DNA of 59,711 nt, counting the filler. It is 4 parts of 4 records of this genome, joined end to end, with 100 filler letters (N's around TTAATTAATTAA, not from the genome) between each part and the next. Parts side by side here need not be neighbours in the genome. Positions count along the whole stretch, not along the records: positions 1 to 31,364 come from SRR31156797_5935; 3 more parts are not named here. One strand, 5' to 3'. The notes under the pieces are model-generated. The model was given only the letters and a program-made list of their open reading frames with translations, was not told the origin of the DNA and searched no databases. This document shows positions 9,706-17,617 of the stretch, in pieces; positions within the stretch are counted from its first letter, which is position 1, and the number at the start of each line of letters is the position of its first letter. The position numbers and the translations under genes were made by a program.

Positions 9706-10448
9706 TGTAAAAACCTTTGGGATAAGTTTGATTTGTCTATTAAAAGTTTTTTTGTATAGCTGCTTTTGGTAGAATTAAAGATCTCTTTCACTGCTCCATA
9801 ATCTTCAACTTTTCCATTATTTAAAACTAATATTTTCTTAGCAATATTTGAAATAAGAGCTAAATCGTGGGTAACAAAAATTATGGTTTTATTTAAACTT
9901 TTTATAAGTTCAACTATTTGTTTTTGAGTTATTAAGTCTAAAGAAGAAGTTGGCTCATCAGCTATTATTAGTTTTGTATCTTGAAGTAGAGCAATTGCTA
10001 TCATAACCCTTTGAAGTTCACCTCCACTTAGCTCATTTGGATAACTTGTAAAGGCTTTATTATAATCTTTTATTCCAACTTTTTTAAGTAAATTGAGTGA
10101 TTTGTCTTTTGCTTCTTTTTTATTTATCTTTTTTAAAAAGCTTTCTTCCATATGCTCTTTTATAGTATATAGCGGGTCGAAAGAGTTTAAGGCATCTTGC
10201 CAAATTACAGAGATATCTTTTCCTAATGTAAAACTTTTATTTGCTTTATTAAACTCTATTTTTCCCTCTTTTTTAAGATTTTTTGGAAGTATATTTAGTA
10301 TTGCTTTACAAAGTAGAGATTTCCCACTTCCACTTTGTCCAATTACTCCTAAGATTTCATTCTCATCTAGTGTAAAACTAATCTTGTCTACTAAAGTTTT
10401 ATCTTTATCTTTTATGGATAGATTTTTGATTTGAATTATTTTATTCAA
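9693..10448 (-). CDS. nikD: Nickel/peptide ABC transporter ATPase (NikD-like)
   Basis: GQSGSGKS, YPNELSGGELQR, IADEPT. Confidence 0.8.
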   Translation of the reverse strand: MNKIIQIKNLSIKDKDKTLVDKISFTLDENEILGVIGQSGSGKSLLCKAILNILPKNLKKEGKIEFNKANKSFTLGKDISVIWQDALNSFDPLYTIKEHMEESFLKKINKKEAKDKSLNLLKKVGIKDYNKAFTSYPNELSGGELQRVMIAIALLQDTKLIIADEPTSSLDLITQKQIVELIKSLNKTIIFVTHDLALISNIAKKILVLNNGKVEDYGAVKEIFNSTKSSYTKKLLIDKSNLSQRFLQCLK

Positions 10449-11289
10449 TGCTATCTCCTTTTTTTAAGAAGTTTGGGTCTAATGCATCTCTAAAACTATC
10501 TCCTAGAAAATTAAACGCAGCAGCACTAAAAAGTATCATAATCCCTGGACAAATCATTTGAAGTGGTGCAATACTCATTATATTTTTTGCTTCATTTAAC
10601 ATTATTCCCCATTCGCAACTTGGTGCTTGAACTCCTAATCCTAGAAAAGAAAGAGCTGAAATACTTAAAATTACGGCTCCTATATTTAGAGTTGCTAGCA
10701 TAATTATGTCACTGATTATAAGAGGTATAAGATGTTTTTTTAATATGATAAATGTTGGGATGCCATTTAGTTTTGCAAATTGGATATAGTTTTCATTTAA
10801 ATGTTTTTGGGTAAAAATATAGGTCATTCTTATATACCATGCAAGCTTTGAAAGTACATTTGCTATAATAATATTTTCAATTCCTGTCCCTAAAACTCCA
10901 ACAATAGTAATCATTATAAGTTCACTTGGAAATGTAAGAATAATATCACATCCTCTTAATATAAACTCTCTTGTTTTTTTAAAAAAACTTGCAATTAAGC
11001 CAAAAAATAGACCAATTGATACTGTTATAATCATTGCTAAAAAGGCATAAAATAAAGTAATTCTAATACCATAAATTAGTCTTGATGCAATGCATCTGCC
11101 TAGATGGTCTGTTCCTAATGGATATTGTAAAGAGAATGATTGTAGCTTATCTAATAAGTTTGGTTGATATGGGTCATTTGGCGCTACATATGGTGCAAAA
11201 ATTCCAAAAATTATTGTTATTGCAATAAAAGAGAAACAAATAAAAGTTAATTTGTCTCTAAACAGAATACTTAATAAAATTCTTCCCAT
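10441..11289 (-). CDS. nikC: Nickel ABC transporter permease (NikC-like)
   Basis: LGTDHLGRC, LSFLGLGVQAP and EWG motifs of the DppC/NikC family. Confidence 0.82.
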   Translation of the reverse strand: MGRILLSILFRDKLTFICFSFIAITIIFGIFAPYVAPNDPYQPNLLDKLQSFSLQYPLGTDHLGRCIASRLIYGIRITLFYAFLAMIITVSIGLFFGLIASFFKKTREFILRGCDIILTFPSELIMITIVGVLGTGIENIIIANVLSKLAWYIRMTYIFTQKHLNENYIQFAKLNGIPTFIILKKHLIPLIISDIIMLATLNIGAVILSISALSFLGLGVQAPSCEWGIMLNEAKNIMSIAPLQMICPGIMILFSAAAFNFLGDSFRDALDPNFLKKGDSIE

Positions 11290-12258
11290 TTAGACTCTTT
11301 TTCTTGGGTCATTTATTACAACCCATAAATCAGCTATTAGACTAAAAACAATAAAAAGTATTGCCATAAACAGAATATATGTTTGGATAATAGGGAAGTC
11401 TCTATTAAAAATTGCTTGTATACAAACTCTTCCTAATCCTGGCAATCCAAAAACATTTTCAACAATAATAGTTCCAGCAAATAATTTAGGTATTGACATA
11501 TTAAGTGCAACAATAAAAGGGGGAAATATATTTTTTATTTGATGCATTAGTATTTTACTTTTACTTAACCCTCTAAGTCTTCCGTATAGTATAAAAGGGG
11601 CATTTTTTATTTCAATTAGAGAGTTTCTAATTATTCTTACAAAAGTTGCCATATATGCAATAGTCAAAGTAAGAGCTGGTAAAAAAAGAGATTGAAATGA
11701 GTTATAACCACCTGAAGGAAAAAGATTAAATTTTAAGGATAAAAAGAAAATCAAAAGAAGTGCTAACCAAAAACTTGGAGTAGCAGTTGTTATAAAAATA
11801 GTAGCTCTTATTAGTTTATCAAGCCATTGATTTTCATATATAGCACAGATTATTCCAAACAGAAAACTAAAAACTATGATTAAAACTAGGGCAAATATTG
11901 TAAGATAAAAAGTTACTGGAGCAGCTTCTAATAACTCTTTTGATACACTCTTTTTTGATTCATAACTAAAACCAAAATCACCTTTTAAAATAATATTTGA
12001 AATCCAATTTACATATTGTTCTATAAAAGGTTTGTCTAATCCTAACTCTCTTCTTGTTTGGTTTATTGCCTCTTGTGTTGGTACAATATCATTTACTCTT
12101 AGAGTCACTTCTGCTGGGTCACTAGGTGAGAGGTTAGCTAAGAAAAAAGAGCCAAAAGAGATAAATAGTAATAAAAAGGGCAACATCAAGGCTCTTTTTA
12201 TTACTAAGTTTTTGATATAACTAGTTTTTGAAATAGAATTTTTCAAATGGAATCTCAT
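11290..12258 (-). CDS. nikB: Nickel ABC transporter permease (NikB-like); start codon uncertain
   Basis: DPAE, LGLDKP, GDFGFS, PSFW, VENVFGLPGLG and RDFPIIQ. Confidence 0.82.
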   Translation of the reverse strand: MRFHLKNSISKTSYIKNLVIKRALMLPFLLLFISFGSFFLANLSPSDPAEVTLRVNDIVPTQEAINQTRRELGLDKPFIEQYVNWISNIILKGDFGFSYESKKSVSKELLEAAPVTFYLTIFALVLIIVFSFLFGIICAIYENQWLDKLIRATIFITTATPSFWLALLLIFFLSLKFNLFPSGGYNSFQSLFLPALTLTIAYMATFVRIIRNSLIEIKNAPFILYGRLRGLSKSKILMHQIKNIFPPFIVALNMSIPKLFAGTIIVENVFGLPGLGRVCIQAIFNRDFPIIQTYILFMAILFIVFSLIADLWVVINDPRKRV

Positions 12259-13804
12259 ATTGTGAAATATTAAAAGCTACACCTTTTAAATCTGGTTTAA
12301 ATACAGCTTTTATTCTTGAGTAACTTAAAGGAATATATACATATTGTTTATGGATATATTTAAATATTTCTGTATACATTTCTTCTCTTTTTTTCTCATT
12401 TGTCTCCACTAAGATAGCTTTTATTTGATTGTCTAGCCACTGTTTTTTTGCTAATCCTAATTGTGCTTGATAATCACTATGTGCAGGTGCTCTCCATGAT
12501 GAGATATATGATTGTGGGTCATATGGTGCTCCCCAAGATAAAGTGTAAACTAAATCAAAATCTCCACTTCTTTGTCTATCTAAATATGTCTGTTTTTCTT
12601 CTCCTATAATAGAGAGTTTAATACCCATATTTTTTAAGTTACTTTGTATATATTCGCTAATAGATTTTTCTTGGGCATTTTTTGCATTAAAGTAGAGTTT
12701 TATATGTAGTTGCTTGCCATCTTTTTCTCTTATTTTTGTTTGTTTATTCAGAATCCAACCATCTTGTTCAAGTAACTCTTTTGCTTTTTGGGGATTAAAC
12801 TCTGTAACACCTAAAGGAATATTTGAATATGGTGTTGATTTAGAAAATAGAGTATCTGCAACCTTTTCAGTCCCATTTAAAATACCCTTTACAATACTTT
12901 GTTTATCTATTGCATACTCTAATGCTTCTCTTACTTTAATATCTTTTGTAATAGTTCTATTTGTATTTATTACGATTGCTCGTGAAGCCATTGGAACACT
13001 TAATAAAGTAGTGTATTTTTTATCTTTTTCTAGTTTTGTAAATACATTTAAGTCTACCATATCTCCATCAGAACCAAATATAAGATCTATTTCCCCTTTT
13101 TCTAGGGCAAAAATAAGTGCTTGATGGTCTGGGATAACTCGCCATTTTACGGAATTAAGTATTGGTTTTTTGTTCCAATAATTTTTATTTTTTTCAAAAA
13201 GTGCATAATCATTCTTCTTATGCTCTTTTAAAACCCAAGGTCCAGTTCCTGCATAACAGTTAACCCCATCTTTTGTTTCATCATTATTAAAACATTTTGG
13301 AGAAATAAATCTAAAAGGTCTTGTTAATGATAACTCAATTAGTGTTGGGTAGTATGGATTATTTAAAATAATTTGAAAAGTGTGTGAGTCTAAGACTTTA
13401 GTTTCTTTTATTTCATTTATTAGTTCCATCCAAGAGTGTCTTACTCTATTTGCTAAAATAGCATCAAAGTTCTTTTTTACAGCTTCTGCTGTAAAAGGTG
13501 TTCCATCTGTAAAAACAACATTATTATTTAGATAAAAGGTATAAGTTTTTCCATCTTTTGAAATATCCCAGCTTTTTGCAAGCCAAGGTTTAATTCCATC
13601 TTTTGTGTTAATAACAAGTGACTCAAAAACCATATTTTGTGCAGCCATTTCTCCTCTATAGAGGTGAGGATTAATATTTCTTATATCTTTTGTACTTGCA
13701 TAAATAAGTTGCGTTTTATCTTTTACTATTTTTTTTGTTTCACTACAAGAAATTAAAAAAAATGAAAATATTAAAAGAGAAGAGATTTTTAAATACATTT
13801 TCAT
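12221..13804 (-). CDS. nikA: Nickel/metallophore-binding lipoprotein (NikA-like, SBP family 5)
   Basis: Lipobox FLISC. NPHLY, RPFRFISP, WGAPYDP and HSDYQAQ parallel E. coli NikA motifs. Confidence 0.85.
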   Translation of the reverse strand: MKMYLKISSLLIFSFFLISCSETKKIVKDKTQLIYASTKDIRNINPHLYRGEMAAQNMVFESLVINTKDGIKPWLAKSWDISKDGKTYTFYLNNNVVFTDGTPFTAEAVKKNFDAILANRVRHSWMELINEIKETKVLDSHTFQIILNNPYYPTLIELSLTRPFRFISPKCFNNDETKDGVNCYAGTGPWVLKEHKKNDYALFEKNKNYWNKKPILNSVKWRVIPDHQALIFALEKGEIDLIFGSDGDMVDLNVFTKLEKDKKYTTLLSVPMASRAIVINTNRTITKDIKVREALEYAIDKQSIVKGILNGTEKVADTLFSKSTPYSNIPLGVTEFNPQKAKELLEQDGWILNKQTKIREKDGKQLHIKLYFNAKNAQEKSISEYIQSNLKNMGIKLSIIGEEKQTYLDRQRSGDFDLVYTLSWGAPYDPQSYISSWRAPAHSDYQAQLGLAKKQWLDNQIKAILVETNEKKREEMYTEIFKYIHKQYVYIPLSYSRIKAVFKPDLKGVAFNISQYEIPFEKFYFKN

Positions 13805-13995
13805 AATAAACCTTTTTTAAATTTTTGAAATTATATTATGTAATTTTTATAAAATGATTATTTTAATACGCACTTATGTATAAATAGAACAAAGTATGTA
13901 AATTTCTTTTACTCTATACTGATTAATTAAGTTAAAATTTTTAGAGATTTATTTCCTTTTAAGATAAAACAACTAAAATTTTATATTCTAAAATT

Positions 13996-14078
13996 AAGCA
14001 AGTTCCAAGGTTTGGAACGACAGTAAAGCTTTTCTTGTCAACTACTGCTTTTTAGGAAAACTATTATTTGAGGTTTTC
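13996..14078 (+). promoter_or_regulatory. Candidate structured 5' leader (multi-stem) of the TudS-like operon
   Basis: AAGCA/TGCTT closing stem, GTTCCAA-GGT-TTGGAAC hairpin, GACA/TGTC stem, and GAAAAC/GTTTTC pairing over the RBS. Confidence 0.35.
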
Positions 14079-14630
14079 ATGAATCGAAGCAAAAAAATTA
14101 TACTTTTAAGTCATTGTATACTTAATTCTAATGCAAAAGTTTATTCCTTGTCAAACTACAAAGGGTGTTTATCTGAACTTATTAATCCTTTAAGTGACAA
14201 AGGTTACGGCTTTTTGCAATTGCCATGTCCAGAGATGTTAACTTGTGGAGTTAACAGATGGGGAATGGTTAAAGAACAATATGAAACACCAATATATAAA
14301 CACCAATTCAAAAAAATGCTACTTCCAATAGTAAATCAAGTGATTGATTATAAAAATAACGGATATGAAGTTAATGCTTGTATAGGTATTGATGGAAGTC
14401 CAAACTGTGGTATTAATAAAACATGCCGAGCCCAATGGAAAGGGGAGATTGATAAGTCTTTTGATTTAGAAAAGAATCTTGACTCTTTAAAAACGGTTGA
14501 TGAAGCAGGAGTTTATATGGAAGTGTTTTTTGAATTGCTTGAAGAAAATGGTCTAAGTTTAACTTTTCATGCTTTAGATGAACAAAACCCAACTGCATCA
14601 GTGCAGAATATATTAAAGGGGATTTTATGA
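14079..14630 (+). CDS. TudS (DUF523)-related putative [4Fe-4S] desulfidase (resembles the CD3072-type family)
   Basis: Three Cys motifs SHCILN, QLPCPE and GIDGSPNCG parallel TudS SACL, CPE and SPSCG. Confidence 0.75.
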   Translation: MNRSKKIILLSHCILNSNAKVYSLSNYKGCLSELINPLSDKGYGFLQLPCPEMLTCGVNRWGMVKEQYETPIYKHQFKKMLLPIVNQVIDYKNNGYEVNACIGIDGSPNCGINKTCRAQWKGEIDKSFDLEKNLDSLKTVDEAGVYMEVFFELLEENGLSLTFHALDEQNPTASVQNILKGIL

Positions 14631-15352
14631 AGAATTTTTTAGCAGGGTTATTGTTGACATTTGGGCTTTTTGCAAATGCACAACAAGATGTTATTACAGT
14701 TGGTTTATGTGCAGCATATCCACCATTTGAGTCAAGAGATGAAAAGAGTGGAAATATTGTTGGTTTTGATGTAGATTTAGCAAATGAGATTGGTAAAATT
14801 ATTGGTAAAAAAGTTGAAATCAAAGATGCCGAATGGCAAGCATTATTAGGTGGACTTAAAAACGATAACTACGATATGATAGTTAGTGCAATGAGTAAAC
14901 AAGAAGCTGGTGAAAACAATGTAAATCTATCAGATACTTACTACTTACTAAATGATGTTTTAGTTGTAAAAAAAGATAATGAAAAAATAGCTTCACAAAA
15001 AGACTTAGCAGGTAAAACTGTTGGGGTTCAACTTGGAAGTGGAAGTGAACAAGTTGTTGATAAGTTAACAGGACTTGGAAAAGTTGCTAGATATAACTAT
15101 AATCCTGAAGCATTTTTAGACTTAAAACATAAAAGAATTGATGCTGTTGTAGTTGGTTATGCCTATGCTTTAAATCAAAAAGATTTTAATACTGAGTATA
15201 AAATTGTTGATAAATTAGCACCTGCTGAATTGGTTGTTGTTATGAAAAAAGGGAAAGATGAGTTAACAAAACAAGTTAATGGAGCTTTAAAAACTTTAAA
15301 AGATAACGGAACTTACGACAAACTAATCAACAAATGGCTGGCAGTAAAATAA
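14627..15352 (+). CDS. Polar amino-acid-type ABC substrate-binding protein (SBP family 3)
   Basis: Signal peptide, YPPFE, GFDVDLA and DLAGKTVGVQLGS. ATGA overlap with the upstream gene. Confidence 0.9.
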   Translation: MKNFLAGLLLTFGLFANAQQDVITVGLCAAYPPFESRDEKSGNIVGFDVDLANEIGKIIGKKVEIKDAEWQALLGGLKNDNYDMIVSAMSKQEAGENNVNLSDTYYLLNDVLVVKKDNEKIASQKDLAGKTVGVQLGSGSEQVVDKLTGLGKVARYNYNPEAFLDLKHKRIDAVVVGYAYALNQKDFNTEYKIVDKLAPAELVVVMKKGKDELTKQVNGALKTLKDNGTYDKLINKWLAVK

Positions 15353-15997
15353 GTGAATTTTAACGCTGTATTTGATAACTTGGGGTTTCTTTTAGAAGCC
15401 TCATGGCTTACTATATATTTATCTTTTGTATCTTTTATCATTGCACTATTTATTGGTGTAATAATAGGTACATTAAGAAGCTTGAAAATAAACTATTTTT
15501 TTAAACTTTTAATAAGTTCATATATAGAGATTTTTAGAGGAACACCTTTACTAATTCAACTATTTTTTATCTATTATGGTTTGCCCCAAATTGGTATAAC
15601 AATGTCAAGCCACCAAGCTGCAATTATAGGTTTATCACTAAATTTTGGTGCATATATGGCTGAGATTGTAAGAGCTGGAATACAAGCAATACCAAAAGGT
15701 CAATATGAAGCGGCAGATTCACTTGGACTTAGTAAAATACAGATGTTTATTCATATAATTTATCCACAAGCATTTAAAATAATTTTACCACCACTTACAA
15801 ACACTTATGCTTCTGTTTTAAAAGACAGTTCTTTAGTTTCTGTTTTGTCTATTACAGAACTTACAAGAGCAGGGCAACTTATATATGTACGAACTTATGA
15901 GCCTTTTGAGATATATTTAACCCTTGGAGTATTTTATTTTGTAATGACTTATACTATTGCAGTTTTTTCTAAATATTTGGAGAAAAAAGTAAAATAA
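15353..15997 (+). CDS. Amino-acid ABC permease (HisM/GlnP family), GTG start
   Basis: FRGTPLLIQL, AYMAEIVRAGI, GQYEAA (EAA loop) and KDSSL. Confidence 0.9.
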   Translation: MNFNAVFDNLGFLLEASWLTIYLSFVSFIIALFIGVIIGTLRSLKINYFFKLLISSYIEIFRGTPLLIQLFFIYYGLPQIGITMSSHQAAIIGLSLNFGAYMAEIVRAGIQAIPKGQYEAADSLGLSKIQMFIHIIYPQAFKIILPPLTNTYASVLKDSSLVSVLSITELTRAGQLIYVRTYEPFEIYLTLGVFYFVMTYTIAVFSKYLEKKVK

Positions 15998-16006
15998 ATT
16001 TTCTAC

Positions 16007-16036
16007 TTGACAAAACAAAAAAAATTTTGCTAAGAT
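16007..16036 (+). promoter_or_regulatory. Sigma70-type promoter
   Basis: TTGACA at 16007-16012, an 18-bp spacer, then extended -10 TGcTAAGAT. Confidence 0.6.
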
Positions 16037-16063
16037 TACAAACCGACCAGTTGGTTTGTAATC
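16034..16063. promoter_or_regulatory. TetR-type operator palindrome overlapping the -10/+1 region
   Basis: GATTACAAACC-GACCAGTT-GGTTTGTAATC, with perfect 11-bp arms. Confidence 0.75.
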
Positions 16064-16079
16064 AAAAAAAAGGAAAATT

Positions 16080-16730
16080 ATGAGTAGATTAATTGATGCA
16101 ATCGAGGAATATAAAAAGGGCTTTAAAGAAAAAGTGCCTTTTGAAGTTCAAGAGTTGATGTTGAATGCAACTAAAGAGTTAGAGAAAATGAGTCTTAGTA
16201 AAAATAGTAAAAAAGTTGGTGAAAAGCTTGAAAATGAAACTTTTTTAGATATTAATTCAAAAGAGGTGAATCTTTATGACTTTTTTGAAAATAAAGATTT
16301 TTTAATAGTTTCATTTTATAGAGGTGCTTGGTGCCCTTATTGTAACTTGGAGTTAAAAAGTTTACAATCATATTTAGATGAATTTAAAAAAGCAAATGCT
16401 TCACTTATAGCTATATCACCACAAACTCCAGATTTTTCTTTGACAACAAAAGAAAAAAATGAATTAGAGTTTGAAGTTTTAAGTGATATTGAAAATAAAG
16501 TTGCCAAAAAATATGGTTTGGTTTTCTCTTTGGCTGATGAATTAAAACCTATTTATGAGCAATTTGGGATAGATATTCCTTCTTCAAATTCTGATGAAAG
16601 TTATGAGTTACCTATGCCTGCAACATTTGTGATAGATAAAACAGGAACAATTATTTATTCTTTTGTAAATGAAGATTATACTAAAAGAGAAGAACCTCAA
16701 AATATATTAGATATAATAAAGAAAAATTAA
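16080..16730 (+). CDS. Peroxiredoxin-like (AhpC/TSA) family protein
   Basis: FYRGAWCPYCNLEL (CxxC), AISPQ and LPMPATFVID. Confidence 0.88.
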   Translation: MSRLIDAIEEYKKGFKEKVPFEVQELMLNATKELEKMSLSKNSKKVGEKLENETFLDINSKEVNLYDFFENKDFLIVSFYRGAWCPYCNLELKSLQSYLDEFKKANASLIAISPQTPDFSLTTKEKNELEFEVLSDIENKVAKKYGLVFSLADELKPIYEQFGIDIPSSNSDESYELPMPATFVIDKTGTIIYSFVNEDYTKREEPQNILDIIKKN

Positions 16731-16750
16731 AAAACAGGTGAATAGTTTAC

Positions 16751-17326
16751 ATGTCAAGTGTAAGAGAAAGACTTATAGAAGCATCATTTCATGAGGTTTA
16801 TACCCTTGGATATAGTGCTGCTTCCTTATCAAATATTTTAGAGCGGGCGCAAGTTAAAAAAGGGGGAATGTACCATCATTTCCCTTCTAAAAAAGCTATG
16901 GTTTTAGCTATGCTTGAGGAAAAGCTACAAGATAGAATAAATACCAAATGGAAAAGTTTAATAGAAACAGAAAAAAATCAAATTGAACAAATTATTAGTA
17001 TTATAAAAGATAAATCTGCTTGGGATTTAAAAAATGGTTGCCCTTTAGGTAATCTTCTTCAAGAGTCATTAGAACACGATGAAGATTTTTCAAAGCTTTT
17101 AGATTCTATTTTGGAAAAATGGAAATTGATTTTTATAAATGCATTAGAAAAAGCTAAACAAAACAACGAAATTGATGAAACTCTAAATATAGAACAATGC
17201 GCAACTTTTTTAATAGCTTCTATTGAAGGAGCACTTTTATTAGTAAAAAAATCAAATGATGATAAAAACTATGATTCTTGTGTTATTCAGTTAGAAAACT
17301 ATTTAAATCTGATAAGTAAAAAGTAA
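16751..17326 (+). CDS. TetR family regulator (NemR/LmrA-like)
   Basis: HTH GYSAASLSNIL..KKGGMYHHFPSK and GCPLGNL. Confidence 0.88.
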   Translation: MSSVRERLIEASFHEVYTLGYSAASLSNILERAQVKKGGMYHHFPSKKAMVLAMLEEKLQDRINTKWKSLIETEKNQIEQIISIIKDKSAWDLKNGCPLGNLLQESLEHDEDFSKLLDSILEKWKLIFINALEKAKQNNEIDETLNIEQCATFLIASIEGALLLVKKSNDDKNYDSCVIQLENYLNLISKK

Positions 17327-17341
17327 ACTATTTTAAGGAAA

Positions 17342-17602
17342 ATGATGAAGAAAACTATAGTTGTTGGTGGATTTTCTAAAGAGCAAAGATTAAAAGATTT
17401 AGAAAAAATAAAAACAAAGTATGAAAAAAAAGGTTATAAGTTTCAAGAATTTATAGAAAATGGTGCTTTAAAATCTGTTGCTATTTTTGAAGTTGAAAAA
17501 GCTATTATAAGAAAAGAGCAATCGAGAAATTTGATTTTATTAGGAGTTGTATTTTTAGGTTTTGCTGTAATTTTATATATAAAAGCTACTTTAGCTCAAT
17601 AA
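17342..17602 (+). CDS. Small hypothetical protein with C-terminal TM helix
   Basis: AAGGA RBS, 86-aa ORF filling the gap before recQ, hydrophobic C-terminus. Confidence 0.65.
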   Translation: MMKKTIVVGGFSKEQRLKDLEKIKTKYEKKGYKFQEFIENGALKSVAIFEVEKAIIRKEQSRNLILLGVVFLGFAVILYIKATLAQ

Positions 17603-17617
17603 TGATACTATCCTAAA

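Noticed and set aside
13835..13870. Possible NikR or Fur box upstream of nikA
   Set aside because: Only a weak dyad in very AT-rich DNA, and the spacing does not fit GTATGA-N16-TCATAC.
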